Below are positions 7,948 through 19,842 of a stretch of DNA of 64,000 bases, one piece after another. Position numbers and translations under genes: made by a program. Location of the stretch: assembly GCA_963791005.1 (NCBI GenBank), contig CAWBQR010000015.1:6553-70552 (forward strand), read 5' to 3'. Numbering within the stretch: the stretch's first letter is position 1; each line of letters starts with the position of its first letter. Below the pieces are notes generated by a model, which saw nothing but the letters and a program-made list of their open reading frames with translations, did not search any database and was not told the DNA's origin. The DNA is from an uncultured delta proteobacterium. Lineage in GTDB: Bacteria; Desulfobacterota; Desulfuromonadia; Desulfuromonadales; CAWBQR01.

Positions 7948-10250
7948 ATGGACACTGCGAAAATGACCGTCTCTTCCGGCTGGGTCAAGGCCGCCGTCGT
8001 CACCTTCGTCCTCGGCTTCGCCGTTCTCGGCTACCTGGCCGCCCGCATCATCTCCGGCTCGCCCCCCATCCCCCGGGAGGTGCGCGTCGCCGGAGGACAG
8101 GTCCTCTTCACCGGGGACGACATCATGGCCGGGCAGCACATTTTCCAGAAGTTCGGCCTGATGCAGTACGGCACCATCTTCGGCCACGGGGCCTATCTCG
8201 GTCCCGACTTCACCGCCGAGGCGCTGCACCGCGGCGCCAAGTCCATGCTCGGCTATTACCTGGGGCAGGGGGTCTCCGGAGGGGAGGCCCGGGCCCAGGG
8301 TGGAGCGGGAACTGAAGGCGAACCGCTACGATGCCGCGACGGGGGTTCTCGCCTTCAGCCCGGCTCGGGCGAGGCTTTCAGCACCTGGTACGACTACTAC
8401 CGCGACTGGTTCGGGCCCGGAAACCAGAGGGGACTTCGCCGCCCGGCCATCAACGACCCCGCATGAGGTCCGGCGCCTCACCGCCTTTTTCACCTGGTCG
8501 GCCTGGACCAGCGCGGCCCTGCGCCCCGGGACGCGTCACTCCTACACCAACAACTGGCCGCCGGAGCGCCTGGCCGGAAACCGCCCCACCGGCGCGGCCC
8601 TTCTTTGGAGCGTCCTCAGCCTGGTCGCCCTTCTGGGCGGGACGGGCCTCGTCCTCTTCGCCTTCGGCCGCTTCGAGGAGCTCGGCTGGCACCACGAGAA
8701 GAGCGCCGGGACCCGCCGGTTCCGGCCGCCGGAGGAGCTGCGCCTGACCCCGTCGCAGCGGGCCGTCCCCTGGTACTTCCTGGTCGTGGCTGGGCTCTTC
8801 CTCTGCCAGGGTCTCCTGGGCGGGGTGAACGCCCACTACCATGCCGAGGCGGGGGGGTTCTACGGCATTCCCATCGCCGACTGGCTTCCCTACAACCTCT
8901 CGCGCATGTGGCATGTGCAGCTCGCCCTCTTCTTCGTCGCGGCCAGCTTCCTGGCCATGGGAATCTTCATCACTCCCATGATCGCCCGCCACGAGCCGAA
9001 GGGGCAGGACAAACTCTCCCTGCTGCTGTTCGGGGCACTGGTGGTGGTCGTCCTGGGGAGCCTCGCCGGGGAGGCCGCCAGCCTCAAGGACTTCATCACA
9101 CAGAAGCGGCCCCTGGTTCTGGGTCGGCGCACAGGGGTGGGAATACCTCGACCTGGGGCGACTGTGGCAGATCCTGCTGACAGCAGGGATGGTGCTGTGG
9201 GTCGTCATCCTGGTCGCGGGGACTCAAGGGGCGGCTCTCGGGAGAGCACCGGGGCAACATGCCCTGGCTCTTTCTCTACAGCGCCGTCTCCATCCCCCTC
9301 TTCTATGCCGTGGGGATGGTCTTCGGCAAGAACGTCAACTTCGCCCAGATGGACTTCTGGCGCTTCTGGGTGGTGCACCTGTGGGTGGAGGACTTCCTGG
9401 AGCTCTTCACCACCATCATGGTCGCCTATATCTTCGTTCTGCTCGGGGTGGTGCGGCCCAGGGTCGCCACCACCCTCATCTACCTCGACATCGTCCTGTA
9501 CTCGGTGGGCGGGGTGATCGGCACCATGCACCATCTCTATTTCAGCGGGGCCCCGGCCGTCCACATGGCCCTGGGAGCCTTCTTCAGCGCCATGGAGGTC
9601 ATCCCCCTGCTCCTTCTCTCCTACGAGGCCTGGCGCTTCATGCAGCTCGGCTCCCGCCCGGGAGAGCGCTCGATACTGGGAACCTCCAGCGCCGACTTTC
9701 CCCACAAGTGGGCGGTGATGTTCCTCATCGCCGTCGGCTTCTGGAACTTCCTCGGCGCGGGGGTCTTCGGCTTTCTCATCAACCTGCCCATCGTGAGCTA
9801 CTACGAGATCGGCACCCAGTGGACGGCCAACCACGGCCACGGCGCGATGATGGGGGTGTACGGCATGCTGGCCATGGGCTTCTTCATGTTCGTCGCCCGC
9901 TACTTCATCCCCCGGGACCGAGGCAGCGACCGGGCCATGAAGTGGTCCTTCTGGAGCCTGAACCTGGGCCTCGCCTGGATGCTCTTCGTCAACCTCTTCC
10001 CCGTGGGCCTGCTGCAGATCGGAGACGGCCCTGAACGAGAGCTACTGGCAGGCCCGGCAGCCGGAGTTCTTCCTGCGGCCGGCGGTGACAGATCTTCGAG
10101 TGGCTGCGCCTGCCGGGGGACGTCCTCTTCATCCTCGGCGGGATTCTGCCGGTGGTCTATCTGGCGCTGCGCATGTGGGCGGGACGGAACCGCCCCGGGG
10201 AGGTCCCCGTGGAGGGGATGACGGAGGAGTTCACCCGCTCCACCGAATAG
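7948..10250 (+). pseudogene. norB: quinol-dependent nitric oxide reductase (qNOR, long NorB/NorZ type), ~7 apparent frameshifts
   Basis: Haem-copper-oxidase-like segments are spread over frames 1-2-1-2-3-1-2-3. Examples: MDTAKMTVSSGWVKAAV...; HEVRRLTAFFTWSAWTS...HYHAEAGGFYG...; GNMPWLFLYSAVSIPLFYA...FWVVHLWVEDFLELF...GTMHHLYFSG...HGHGAMMGVYGM...; IFEWLRLPGDVLFILGG...TEEFTRSTE-stop at 10248-10250. Confidence 0.8.
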
Positions 10251-10297
10251 TCGCCTTCGGCTTTTTCACCGGCCCGGGCGGGCCCTGCGGCCTTCGC

Positions 10298-10648
10298 TCA
10301 GGCGACCTTGGTCTTGAACATGGTCAGGAGCATCTTGAAACGCTTTACCGCCCGCACCTTGTGGGAGACGCCCCCGGGCATCAGGACGATCTCCCCGGCG
10401 TTCACCAGGCAGGGCTTGCCCCCGATGGTGATTTCAGCCTGGCCGTCCAGAACCTGAACAAAGGCATTGTACGGCACCGTGTGCTCGGAGAGAGCCTGGC
10501 CTTCGTCGAAGCTGAAGACGGTGAGCGTGCCGCTTTCGTCCTGCAGCAGGGTACGGCTGACGACGGATCCCTCCTGGTAGGCGGTCATCTCGGCCAGCTT
10601 CCGGGGGTCGGCTCCGGCAACGGTGAGTTTTGTGGTCGACTCTTCCAT
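10298..10648 (-). CDS. cupin-domain protein
   Basis: Track ORF 10298..10693, likely start MEESTTKL at 10648. Cupin-like core ...LSEHTVPYNAFVQVLDGQAEITIGGKPCLVNAGEIVLMPGGVSHKV. Confidence 0.65.
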   Translation of the reverse strand: MEESTTKLTVAGADPRKLAEMTAYQEGSVVSRTLLQDESGTLTVFSFDEGQALSEHTVPYNAFVQVLDGQAEITIGGKPCLVNAGEIVLMPGGVSHKVRAVKRFKMLLTMFKTKVA

Positions 10649-10771
10649 GATTCCTCCTCGTGGTTGGTGGTGAGCTTCCCCCCTTCCGAACAATTATGGT
10701 GGAAGGGGGGCCGATCGCGCTTTTCTCGGGTTGTAGGGCGAAGATCTTTTTCTTTTTTAATTCGGATAAAT

Positions 10772-10785
10772 TTGATCCAGGTCAA
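10772..10785. promoter_or_regulatory. FNR/CRP-family box TTGATCCAGGTCAA in the divergent cupin / cytochrome c-narG intergenic region
   Basis: TTGA-N6-TCAA dyad about 130 bp upstream of ATG 10916 and about 125 bp upstream of the cupin start. Confidence 0.5.
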
Positions 10786-10915
10786 AAGAAAAAGTAAAAA
10801 ATCGTTTTAGTCTTTTTTTCAAGAGGGGCGAACGGTCTTTGCCAATAGCGATTTGAAGCTCGAAACACGTTTCCTCCAAAGGGTTTTGGATTCCTGACCA
10901 GGACGAGGTGCCAAG

Positions 10916-11785
10916 ATGCCAAGACAAGCAGCGGAACCCCTAACCCTCCTTGCCGGAATGTTGCTGGTCATTCTGGCGGCCGTTTCGGCACTGGCAGGCG
11001 ACGCTTCGGTCGAACAGGGCAAGGCCATTTTCAGCCAGAAGTGCAGCCCGTGCCATTCCATCGGCGGCGGCGACCGCCCCACGGGCCCCGACCTGGCCGG
11101 GGTGGCGACGCGGACCGACCGGGAGTGGCTGGAGCACTTCATCCAGTCCCCGGGCAAGGTTCTCTCCTCGGGCGACCCCGCAGCCACGAAACTTCTGAAA
11201 AAGTTCAACAACCTGCGGATGCCCGACCTAGGCCTTTCCGAATCCGAGGTGAAGGCCGTTCTGGCCTATCTTGCCACGACGGGGGAGAGCCCACAAGCCC
11301 AGACCCCGGCGGCGGCCCCGGCCCCGAAAGCCGAAGCGGGGGATGCACAGAAGGGCGAGGCCCTTTTCGTCGGCTCGCTCCCCTTCGCCAAAGGCGGAGC
11401 GCCCTGCCTGGCCTGCCACGGCATCGCAGGCGCCGGCCTCGGCCTGGCGGCCGGGGCCAGCTATGGCCCCGACCTCACCTCCCTGTGGGAGGACTACGGG
11501 GCCGACGGGGTGGCCTCGATTCTGGAGAGCCTCCCCTTTCCCTCCATGCAGCCGATCTTCGCCAAGCGTCCCCTGACGGCCTCGGAGCGGGCCGACCTGA
11601 GCGCCTTTTTCCGCCGGGTCGACGGTCGTCCGCCGGCTCATATCGGGGAGACTCTTGTCTGGCAGGTGGCGGCGGGGATGATCATTTTGCTGATAGTGGC
11701 CGCCGTTTTCGGCCGCGGGCGTCTGCGGACCGTTCGCCGCTCCCTGGTGGCGCAGGCTCAGAGCCGGAAAGGAGAGGCACGATGA
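10916..11785 (+). CDS. membrane-anchored dihaem c-type cytochrome (NarC-like position)
   Basis: Signal/anchor at the N-terminus, two CxxCH motifs (CSPCH, CLACH), and a C-terminal TM helix ([20 protein letters not shown]). The stop overlaps the narG start (ATGA at 11782-11785). Confidence 0.8.
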   Translation: MPRQAAEPLTLLAGMLLVILAAVSALAGDASVEQGKAIFSQKCSPCHSIGGGDRPTGPDLAGVATRTDREWLEHFIQSPGKVLSSGDPAATKLLKKFNNLRMPDLGLSESEVKAVLAYLATTGESPQAQTPAAAPAPKAEAGDAQKGEALFVGSLPFAKGGAPCLACHGIAGAGLGLAAGASYGPDLTSLWEDYGADGVASILESLPFPSMQPIFAKRPLTASERADLSAFFRRVDGRPPAHIGETLVWQVAAGMIILLIVAAVFGRGRLRTVRRSLVAQAQSRKGEAR

Positions 11786-14700
11786 GCTGGATCAAGGATA
11801 TCATCGATCCGAAACAGAGGAACTGGGAGGAATTCTACCGCAACCGCTTCCAGCACGAAAAGGTGGTGCGCAGCACCCATGGAGTTAACTGCACCGGCAG
11901 CTGCTCCTGGAACGTGCACGTCAAGGACGGCATCGTCGTCTGGGAGCTTCAGGCCGCCGACTACCCTCGGCTCGATGCGGAACTGCCCCCCTACGAGCCC
12001 CGCGGCTGCCAGCGGGGGATCTCCACTTCCTGGTACATCTACAGTCCCCTGCGGGTAAAATACCCTTACCTGCGCGGCCGGCTCATGGACCTGTGGAGGG
12101 AGTCGAAGGCGAAGCACGGCGATCCCCTGGCGGCCTGGACCGCCCTGGTCGAGGACGAGGGGAGCCGCCGCAGCTACCAGCAGGCCCGGGGCAAGGGCGG
12201 CTTTCGCCGGGCGGACTGGGACGAGGTGCTGGAGATCATCGCCGCCTCGACCCTCTACACGGTCAAAAAGCACGGCCCCGACCGAGTGATCGGCTTCTCC
12301 CCCATCCCCGCCATGTCGATGCTCAGCTTCGCCGCCGGAACCCGCTTCCTGCAGCTGCTCGGCGGGGTGAACCTGAGTTTCTACGACTGGTACTGCGACC
12401 TGCCCAACGCCTCCCCCGAGATCTGGGGGGAGCAGACCGACGTCGCCGAGAGCGCCGACTGGTACAACAGCAAGTACATCGCGGTGATGGGCTCCAATTT
12501 GAGCATGACCCGCACCCCGGACGTCCATTTCGTCGCACAGGCCCGGCACAACGGTAGCAAGATGGTGGTCTTCTCCCCCGACTTCAGTATGGTCTCCAAG
12601 TACGCCGACTGGTGGATTCCCGCCAACGCCGGCCAGGACGGGGCCTTCTGGTTGGCCGTCAACCACGTCATCCTCAGCGAGTTCCACCACCGGGCGCAAA
12701 CCCCATACTTTCTCAATTATCTCAAACGCTACACCGACGGCCCCTTTCTGGTCGAGTTGAAGGAAGAGGAGGGGACCTGGACCGCCGGCCGCCTGCTCGA
12801 CGCCGGGCGGCTCGCGCGCTACGGGGAGGCGGAAAACGCCCGCACCAAGTTCCTCGTCTGGGATGAGACGAGCGACGGCGCCCGCATGCCCCTGGGCACC
12901 CTCGGTTTTCGCTGGCAGGAGAAAAAAGGGGAGTGGAACCTGCAGATGAAGGACGGCCTCGACGGTTCGGAGCTGGCGCCTCGACTTTCCTTCCTGGAGA
13001 AGAACGACGGCACCCGCCAGGTCGCCTTTACCGATTTTGCCGCCGACCGGGCGGTGCGGCGCGGCGTGCCGGTGCGACTGGTCGAAACCGAGGGGGGAGA
13101 AGTTCCCGTCGCCACCGTCTTCGATCTGCTGATGGCCCAGTTCGGTGTCGGGCGGGATCTGCCCGGCGACGACCCGAAAGGCTACGACGATCCCGAAGCC
13201 ACGTACACCCCGGCCTGGCAGGAGCGCTTCACTGGCATCGACCGGGCCACCGTCCTCCAGTTCGCCCGGGAGTGGGCCGCAACCGCCGAGCGCACCGAAG
13301 GGAAATGCTCGATCATCATCGGCGCCGGGGTCAACCACTGGTATCACAGCGACCTCGCCTACCGGGCCGGCATCTCGGCGCTGATGCTGTGCGGCTGCGT
13401 CGGGAAAAACGGCGGCGGTCTGAACCACTACGTCGGCCAGGAGAAGCTCGCCCCCATCGCCCCCTGGTCGACCTTGATGGGGGCCCTCGACTGGAGCCGA
13501 CCGCCGCGCTTCCAGAACACCCCCTCCTTCCACTACGTCCACAGCGACCAGTGGCGCTACGAGCGCACCGCCGACGAGGCCCGGCTCAACCCGACAAAGG
13601 GGCCGGAGGCTATCACCGGGGGGCACACCATCGATCACCAGGTGCGGGCCGTGCGCCGGGGGTGGCTCCCCTTCTTCCCCCAGTTCGACCGCAACCCCCT
13701 GGAGCTGGTGCGCCAGGCGCAGGAATCCGGGGCACAAACTGAGCAGGAAATCATCGACTGGACCGTCGACCCAGCTGCGGGAGAAGAAGCTGCGCTTCGC
13801 CGTCGAGGATCCGGACGCTCCCGAGAACTGGCCGCGGGTCTGGTTCATCTGGCGCGGCAACGCCCTGATGTCGAGCGCCAAGGGGCACGAGTATTTCCTC
13901 AAGCACTACCTCGGCACCCACACCAACACCGTCGCCCCGGAGACCGCCAGGGAATCGGTGCGCGAAGCGGTCTGGCGGGAGCAGGCGCCCGAGGGGAAGC
14001 TCGACCTGGTGGTCGACCTCAATTTCCGCATGGATACCTCGGCCCTCTATTCCGACATCGTCCTGCCGGCGGCGACCTGGTACGAGAAGGACGACCTCTC
14101 CAGCACCGACATGCACTCCTTCATCCATCCCCTGCAGGCGGCGGTGCCCCCCTGCTGGGAGTCGAAGAGCGACTGGGACATCTTCAGGGCGATCGCCGAA
14201 AAGGTCAGCGCGCTGGCGGCGCAGCACCTGCCGGGACCGCTGAAGGACATCGTCGCCGTGCCGCTGCAACACGACACCCCCGCCGAGATGGCCCAGCCCG
14301 AGGTGCGCGACTGGAGCAAGGGGGAGTGCGAGCCGGTCCCCGGCAAAACGATGCCGGGGTTGGCGGTGGTCGAGCGCGACCTCGTCAACCTGCATCGCCG
14401 ATTCATCTCTTTCGGCCCGGCGGCAAGGGAGAAGGGGCTCGGGGTCCACGGCCTCAGCTGGCCGATCGCCGATATGTACGACGAGCTCCTCGCCACCCGG
14501 CCGACGGAGGCGTGGGGGGACGCGCGCTACCCCTCGGTGGCAGACGCCGCCGACGCCGCCAACCTCATCCTTCACCTGGCGCCCGAGACCAACGGCGAGG
14601 CGGCCTTCCGGGCCTTCCAGGCCGAGGAGAAGAAGGTCGGGCTCACGCTCTCCGACCTGGCCGAGAAGAGCCGGGACATCCGCACCACCTTCGAGGACCT

Positions 14701-15406
14701 CGCCAAGCAGCCCCGCCGGCTGCTGACCAGCCCCTGCTGGAGCGGGCTCGTCAACAACGGCCGCGCCTATACGGCCTACAGCCTCAATGTCGACCGGCTG
14801 GTGCCCTGGCGCACCCTGACGGGCCGACAGCACTTCTATTTCGACCATGAGACCTTTCTCGCCTACGGCGAGCACCTTCCGACCTACAAGCCGAAGCCCG
14901 ACCCCGGCGTCCTGCAGGATTTGGTGGCAAGCCGCCCGGAGGGCAAGGCGATCCTGCTCAACTTCATCACCCCCCACGGCAAGTGGAGCATCCACACCAC
15001 CTTCAGCGACAATCACCGGATGATGACCCTCTCGCGGGGCTGCTATCCGCTCTGGATGAACGATCGGGACGCCGCCGAGATCGGGGTGGCCGACAACGAC
15101 TGGGTCGAGGTGTACAACGACCACGGCGTGGTGGTGACCCGCGCCATCGTCAGCGCCCGGCTCCCCCGGGGCCTGACGATCCAGTACCACGCCACCGAGC
15201 GCACCGTCTCGGTGCCCAAGTCCCCCCTGCGCCAGGGGCGCCGCGCCGGCGGCCACAACAGCCTCATCCGCACCCGCCTGAAGCCGACCCTGATGGCCGG
15301 GGGCTACGGCCAGTTCAGCTACGGCTGGAACTACTGGGGTCCCACCGGCGCCAACCGCGATACCTTCATCCTGGTGCGCAAGCTGGAGGGGGAGCCGCAA
15401 TGGTGA
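11782..15406 (+). pseudogene. narG: respiratory nitrate reductase alpha subunit, one apparent +1 frameshift near 13768
   Basis: [43 protein letters not shown]... (FS0 Cys/His cluster motif) lies in frame 1, inside track ORF 11041..14850. After ...EIIDWTVD the sequence continues as [45 protein letters not shown]... in frame 2 (track ORF 13868..15406). Confidence 0.9.
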
Positions 15407-15424
15407 GACAATCGGCGGATTTTT

Positions 15425-15500
15425 GTAGGGGCGCAATTCATTGCGCCCGATACGCGACGCAATCCGGGTCTTGCAAGGGCGTGATGAATCACGCCCCTAC
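15425..15500. repeat. REP-like pair of GC-rich hairpins between narG and narH
   Basis: GGGGCGCAAT-TC-ATTGCGCCC (15428-15448) and GGGCGTGAT-GA-ATCACGCCC (15477-15496). Confidence 0.6.
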
Positions 15501-15536
15501 GGTCGCCCCTTTATTTCCGGGCGAAGGAGATAACCC

Positions 15537-17027
15537 ATGAACATCCGCGCCCAGATATCCTCCGTCTTCCACCTCGACAAGTGCATCGGCTGCCACACCT
15601 GCAGCATCGCCTGCAAGAACCTCTGGACCGACCGCCGGGGCGCCGAATACATGTGGTGGAACAACGTCGAGACCAAGCCGGGGACGGGCTACCCCACCCT
15701 CTGGGAGGACCAGGAGAAGTACCGCGGCGGCTGGGAGCGCTCCGGCGAGGGGCTGCGCCTGAAGCTGGGAGGCCGCGGGCACGTCCCTGGCCAACATCTT
15801 CGCCAACCCGAACCTGCCGACCCTCGACGATTACTACGAGCCCTGGACCTACCGCTACAGGACCTCTTCAACGCGCCGGCCGGCAACGACCAGCCGACGG
15901 CCCGGCCCGTCTCGATGGTCAGCGGCAAGCCGATGGCGATCGAGGCCGGTCCCAACTGGGACGACGATCTGGGCGGCTCGCAGCATCTATGCCGCCAACG
16001 ACCCCGGGTACAAGCAGCTGACCGAGGAGGAGCAGCGCCAGCTCTTCGCCCTGGAGCGGATGGTCTTCTTCTACCTGCCGCGGATCTGCAACCACTGCGT
16101 CAACGCCGGCTGCGTCGCCGCCTGCCCCTCGGGCGCCATCTACAAGCGCGGCGAGGACGGCATCGTCCTCATCAGCCAGGACAAGTGCCGCGGCTGGCGG
16201 ATGTGCGTCTCGGGCTGCCCGTACAAGAAGACCTACTACACCTGGTCGAGCGGCAAGTCGGAGAAATGCATCCTCTGCTACCCCCGCCAGGAGAGCGGCC
16301 AGGCGCCGGCCTGCTTCCACGCCTGCGTCGGGCGCATCCGCTACCTCGGGGTGCTCCTCTACGACGCCGACCGCATCGAGGCGGCGGCCGCAGAGCCCGA
16401 CGAGCGGCTGGTGGAGGCCCAGCGCGAGATGATTCTCGATCCCTTCGATCCCGAGGTCGTCGCGGAGGCCCGGCGCTGCGGCATCGCCGAGCAGGTGCTG
16501 GAGGCCGCCCGGCGCTCCCCGGTCTACCGCTTGGTCAAGGAGTGGCGCCTCGCCCTGCCGCTGCACCCCGAGTTCCGGACCCTGCCGATGCTCTTCTACG
16601 TGCCGCCGCTGCTGCCGGTGCTCTCCGTCGCGGGACAGGGGAACCACCCGGCTGGCGGAGGACACCTTCAGCTCTCTCGAAAGTGCCCGCCTGCCGCTGC
16701 GCTACCTGGCGGGGCTCTTCGCCGCAGGGAACGAGGAGGAGGTCCGCTCGGTCTACCGCAAGCTGATGGCCGTGCGCTTGCAGCGGCGGGCCGAGACCGT
16801 GGGCGACCAGGGCGCGGGGACAGCTGGAGGAGGCACTGGCCGCGGCGGGAATGGATGCCGATCAGGCCGAGGCCATTTACCGGCTGACCTCTCTGGCCGA
16901 CATGAGCCAGCGGGTGGTGATTCCTCCGATGCTGCGGGAGATGGCCGTCGAAGCCGAGGAGGACCCCCAGCAGCACAAGGGGGAAGGGGGATTCGGCCGT
17001 ATCCGCAAACCCAAACGCCGCTGGTAG
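15537..17027 (+). pseudogene. narH: respiratory nitrate reductase beta (Fe-S) subunit, ~5 apparent frameshifts
   Basis: MNIRAQISSVFHLDKCIGCHTCSIACKNLW... (frame 3). SLANIFANPNLPTLDDYYEPWTY (frame 1). DLFNAPAG...GPNWDDDLGG (frame 3). FFYLPRICNHCVNAGCVAACPSGAIYKRGEDGIVLISQDKCRGWRMCVSGCPYKK...CILCYPR...CVGRIRYLGVLLYDAD (frame 1). The tail runs in frames 2 and 3, ending KPKRRW-stop at 17025-17027. Confidence 0.9.
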
Positions 17028-17037
17028 GAGAGCGAGA

Positions 17038-17602
17038 ATGGAAAAGGAACAGCGCATTTGCGGGCTGTTTGCCCGGCTGCTCGATTATCCGACGGAAGAC
17101 CCGCTTCCGGCGGCCGAGAAATGTATCGACCTGCTGGGCGCGGACCGGCCTGAGGCCGCCCTCGAACTACTCCCCTTCGTCCGGATGGCCGGGGACAGTC
17201 GCCTCGAGAAGCTCCAGGAGGTCTACACCGCCACCTTCGACCTGCAGCCGCTCTGCCACCCCTATGTCGGATACCAGCTCTGCGGCGAGGGGCGGCAGCG
17301 GGCACAGTTTCTGGTGAAGCTTCAGGAAATCTACCGGGAGAGGGGCCACGACCCCGGCGGGCGAGCTTGCCGACCACCTCGTCGAGGTCCTCCGTTTTCT
17401 CGCCCTTCCGGGAGACGAGGCCGCCCGGCGCGAACTGGTGGAGGAGGGCCTGCTGCCGGCCCTGGAAAAGATGACCGGGGGGTTCGACAAACCGGGCCAT
17501 CCCTACGGGAGGATGCTGCGGTCCCTGCAGATCTTCCTGGGAGGCGAGTCTGCCGGTTGCACCGGCGCGCAACCCGAACCGACTTTGGAGGCAAGGCCAT
17601 GA
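17038..17602 (+). pseudogene. narJ: nitrate reductase Moco-insertion chaperone (NarJ-like), one apparent frameshift near 17360
   Basis: MEKEQRICGLFARLLDYPTED...TFDLQPLCHPYVGYQLCGEG lies in frame 1. ELADHLVEVLRFLALPGDEAARRELVEEGLLPALEKM... lies in frame 2. The stop TGA 17600-17602 overlaps the narI ATG. Confidence 0.7.
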
Positions 17603-18276
17603 CCGACTGGATGCTTTTCGGCGTGTTCCCCTACGTGGCGGTCGTCCTGGGAGTGGCCGGCGGACTGTACCGTTACGGAGTCGAGCGCTATTCCTGGTCG
17701 TCCCAGTCGTCCCAGTTCCTGGAGAACCGGCTCCTCTTCTGGGGGTCCGTCCCCTGGCACTACGCCATTCTCCTCGTTCTGCTGGCGCACCTGCTGGCGT
17801 TTTTGACTCCGGGGGGCTGGGGTTGGCTGACCGGAGACCCTGGGAGGCTCTATCTGCTGGAGGTGGCCGGGCTGGCCCTCGGCCTGTGCGCGGTTCTCGG
17901 CCTGGCCCTGCTTGTGCTGCGGCGCCTCTTTCAGCCCCGGGTAGCCGCGGTCACCTCCTTGTTCGACTGGCTGCTTCTGGCTTCCCTGCTGCTGCAGGCG
18001 GTCACCGGCGTGGTGATCGCCTCGACCCTGCGCTGGGGCTCGGTCTGGTTTCTGCACACCGCGGCGCCCTGGCTCTGGTCGCTGGTGACCCTCGACCCCC
18101 AGGTGCAGTACCTGGCGGCCCTCCCGGCGGTGGTCAAGATCCACGCCGTCAACGCCTTCGTGCTGGTCGCCCTGTTTCCCTTCTCCCGGCTCGTGCACCT
18201 CGTCAGCGTTCCCTTCACCTACCTGTGGCGCCCCTACCAGGTGGTGATCTGGTACAGAAGGCGGCTCAAGTCTTAA
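17599..18276 (+). CDS. narI: respiratory nitrate reductase gamma (cytochrome b) subunit
   Basis: MTDWMLFGVFPYVAVVLGVAG...SSQFLENRLLFWGSVPWHYAILLVLLAHL...KIHAVNAFVLVALFPFSRLVHLVSVPFTYLWRPYQVV. Intact and 225 aa. Confidence 0.9.
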   Translation: MTDWMLFGVFPYVAVVLGVAGGLYRYGVERYSWSSQSSQFLENRLLFWGSVPWHYAILLVLLAHLLAFLTPGGWGWLTGDPGRLYLLEVAGLALGLCAVLGLALLVLRRLFQPRVAAVTSLFDWLLLASLLLQAVTGVVIASTLRWGSVWFLHTAAPWLWSLVTLDPQVQYLAALPAVVKIHAVNAFVLVALFPFSRLVHLVSVPFTYLWRPYQVVIWYRRRLKS

Positions 18277-18323
18277 GGGGATGGAGAGAGGGGATTCGAA
18301 TTTTGAATGATGAATTTTGAGTT

Positions 18324-18337
18324 TTGAATTAATTCAA
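18324..18337. promoter_or_regulatory. FNR/CRP-family box TTGAATTAATTCAA upstream of narK
   Basis: Perfect 14-bp dyad inside an AT-rich repetitive stretch (18296-18352), about 75 bp upstream of ATG 18408. Confidence 0.5.
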
Positions 18338-18407
18338 AATTCAAAATTAGAAATTCATCCTCTTTCTGCCTGCTCTATTCAACTTCTCACCGCCCCAAGG
18401 AGTACCC

Positions 18408-19795
18408 ATGTCCCATGTGTTGACCAACTGGAACCCCGAAGACTCCGAGTTCTGGCAGAAGGAGGGAAAGCGGGTCGCCCGGCGCAACCTGTGGATTTCC
18501 ATCCCCGCCCTTCTACTTGCCTTTTCGGTCTGGATGGTATGGAGCGTGGTGGTCGTCAACCTGCCGAACATCGGTTTTCGCTTCACCACGAATCAGCTTT
18601 TCTGGCTGGCCGCGCTCCCCGGGCTCTCCGGGGCGACCCTGCGCATCTTCTACTCCTTCATGGTCCCTATTTTCGGCGGCCGGCTCTGGACCACCCTCAG
18701 CACAGCCTCGCTGCTGATCCCGCGCCGTCGGTATCGGACTGGCCGTGCAGCATCCCTCGAGCCCCGTACTGGGTCTTTCTCACCCTGGCGCTTCTGTGCG
18801 GGTTCGGGGGGGGCAACTTCGCCTCCAGCATGGCCAACATCAGCTTCTTCTATCCCAAGGCGCAGAAGGGGACGGCGCTGGGGATGAACGCCGGTCTGGG
18901 GAACCTGGGGGTGAGCGTGATGCAGTTCGCCGTCCCGCTGGTGATCACCGCCGGGGTCTTCGGCAGTCTCGGCGGGGCGGGGCAGACCTGGGTCAGGGGA
19001 GCGGCCACGAAGGAGATCTGGATGCAGAACGCCGGGTACATCTGGGTTCCCTTCATCCTCGCCGCCACCGTCGCTGCCTGGTTCGGGATGAACGACATCA
19101 GCTCGGCCAAAGCCTCCTTCGCCGAGCAGGCGGTCATCTTCCGCCGCAAGCACAACTGGCTCATGTGCTGGCTCTACCTGGGGACCTTCGGCTCCTTCAT
19201 CGGCTACTCGGCGGGCTTCCCGCTCCTCATCAAGTCCCAGTTTCCCCAGGTCGACCCCACCGCCTACGCCTTTCTCGGACCCCTGGTCGGCGCCCTGAGC
19301 CGGCCGCCGGGGGGCTGGATCGCCGACAAGCTGGGCGGCGCCAGGGTCACCTTCTGGAACTTCATCGCTCATGGCGTTGGCGGTGCTGGGTGTGCTTCAC
19401 TTCCTTCCCCACGGCGGCGGGACCGGCAGCTTCTGGGGCTTCTTCGCCATGTTCATGCTCCTCTTTTTCACCACCGGGATCGGCAACGGCTCGACCTTCC
19501 GCATGATCCCCGTCATCTTCATGACCCATCACCGCTGCGAAGAGACCCGCACCTGCACCGCTGGAACAGGAGTTGGCGCTGAAGCGGGCCGCCAAGGAAT
19601 CGGCGGCGGTCCTCGGCTTCAGCAGCGCCTTCGCCGCCTACGGCGCCTTCTTCATCCCCAAGAGCTTCGGCACCTCCCTCGCCCTGACCGGGGGCGCCCG
19701 ATTCCGCGCTCTACGGTTTTCTCGCCTTCTACCTAAGCTGCATCGTCATGACCTGGTGGTACTACTCGCGCCGAAACGCGGAGATGCCGTGTTGA
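18408..19795 (+). pseudogene. narK: MFS nitrate/nitrite transporter NarK (copy 1), ~5 apparent +1 frameshifts
   Basis: MSHVLTNWNPEDSEFWQKEGKRVARRNLWISIPALLLAF... starts in frame 3. The sequence then steps through frames 1, 2, 3, 1 and 2 (..GFGGGNFASSMANISFFYPKAQKGTALGMNAGLGNLG.. ; ..FFTTGIGNGSTFRMIPVIF.. ; ..AAVLGFSSAFAAYGAFFIPKSFG..) to the stop at 19793-19795. Confidence 0.85.
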
Positions 19796-19842
19796 GCTCG
19801 GCCGGGCCTGCCGGCTGAGCACGCGGAAAGGGAGGATTGGCC

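Noticed and set aside
11041-14850. 1269-aa ORF in the track that looks like one giant gene
   Set aside because: It is a chimera. Its first ~247 codons are an out-of-frame shadow over the cytochrome c gene, and everything after ~13770 is Arg/Pro/Gly-rich nonsense. Only the segment 11782 to ~13768 is real narG sequence.
11758-15436. Long antisense ORFs over narG (11758..13902 minus, 13751..15436 minus). Similar cases are 34142..36622 plus, 44920..46392 minus, 54961..56847 plus and 60354..62147 minus.
   Set aside because: These are typical stop-poor shadow frames of GC-rich coding DNA. Their products are low-complexity (G/R/P/A/V-rich) and have no domains. Each lies opposite a well-supported gene.
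18296-18352. AT-rich repetitive stretch after narI as a terminator
   Set aside because: It has no GC-rich stem or T-tract. The perfect TTGAATTAATTCAA dyad fits a regulator site better.
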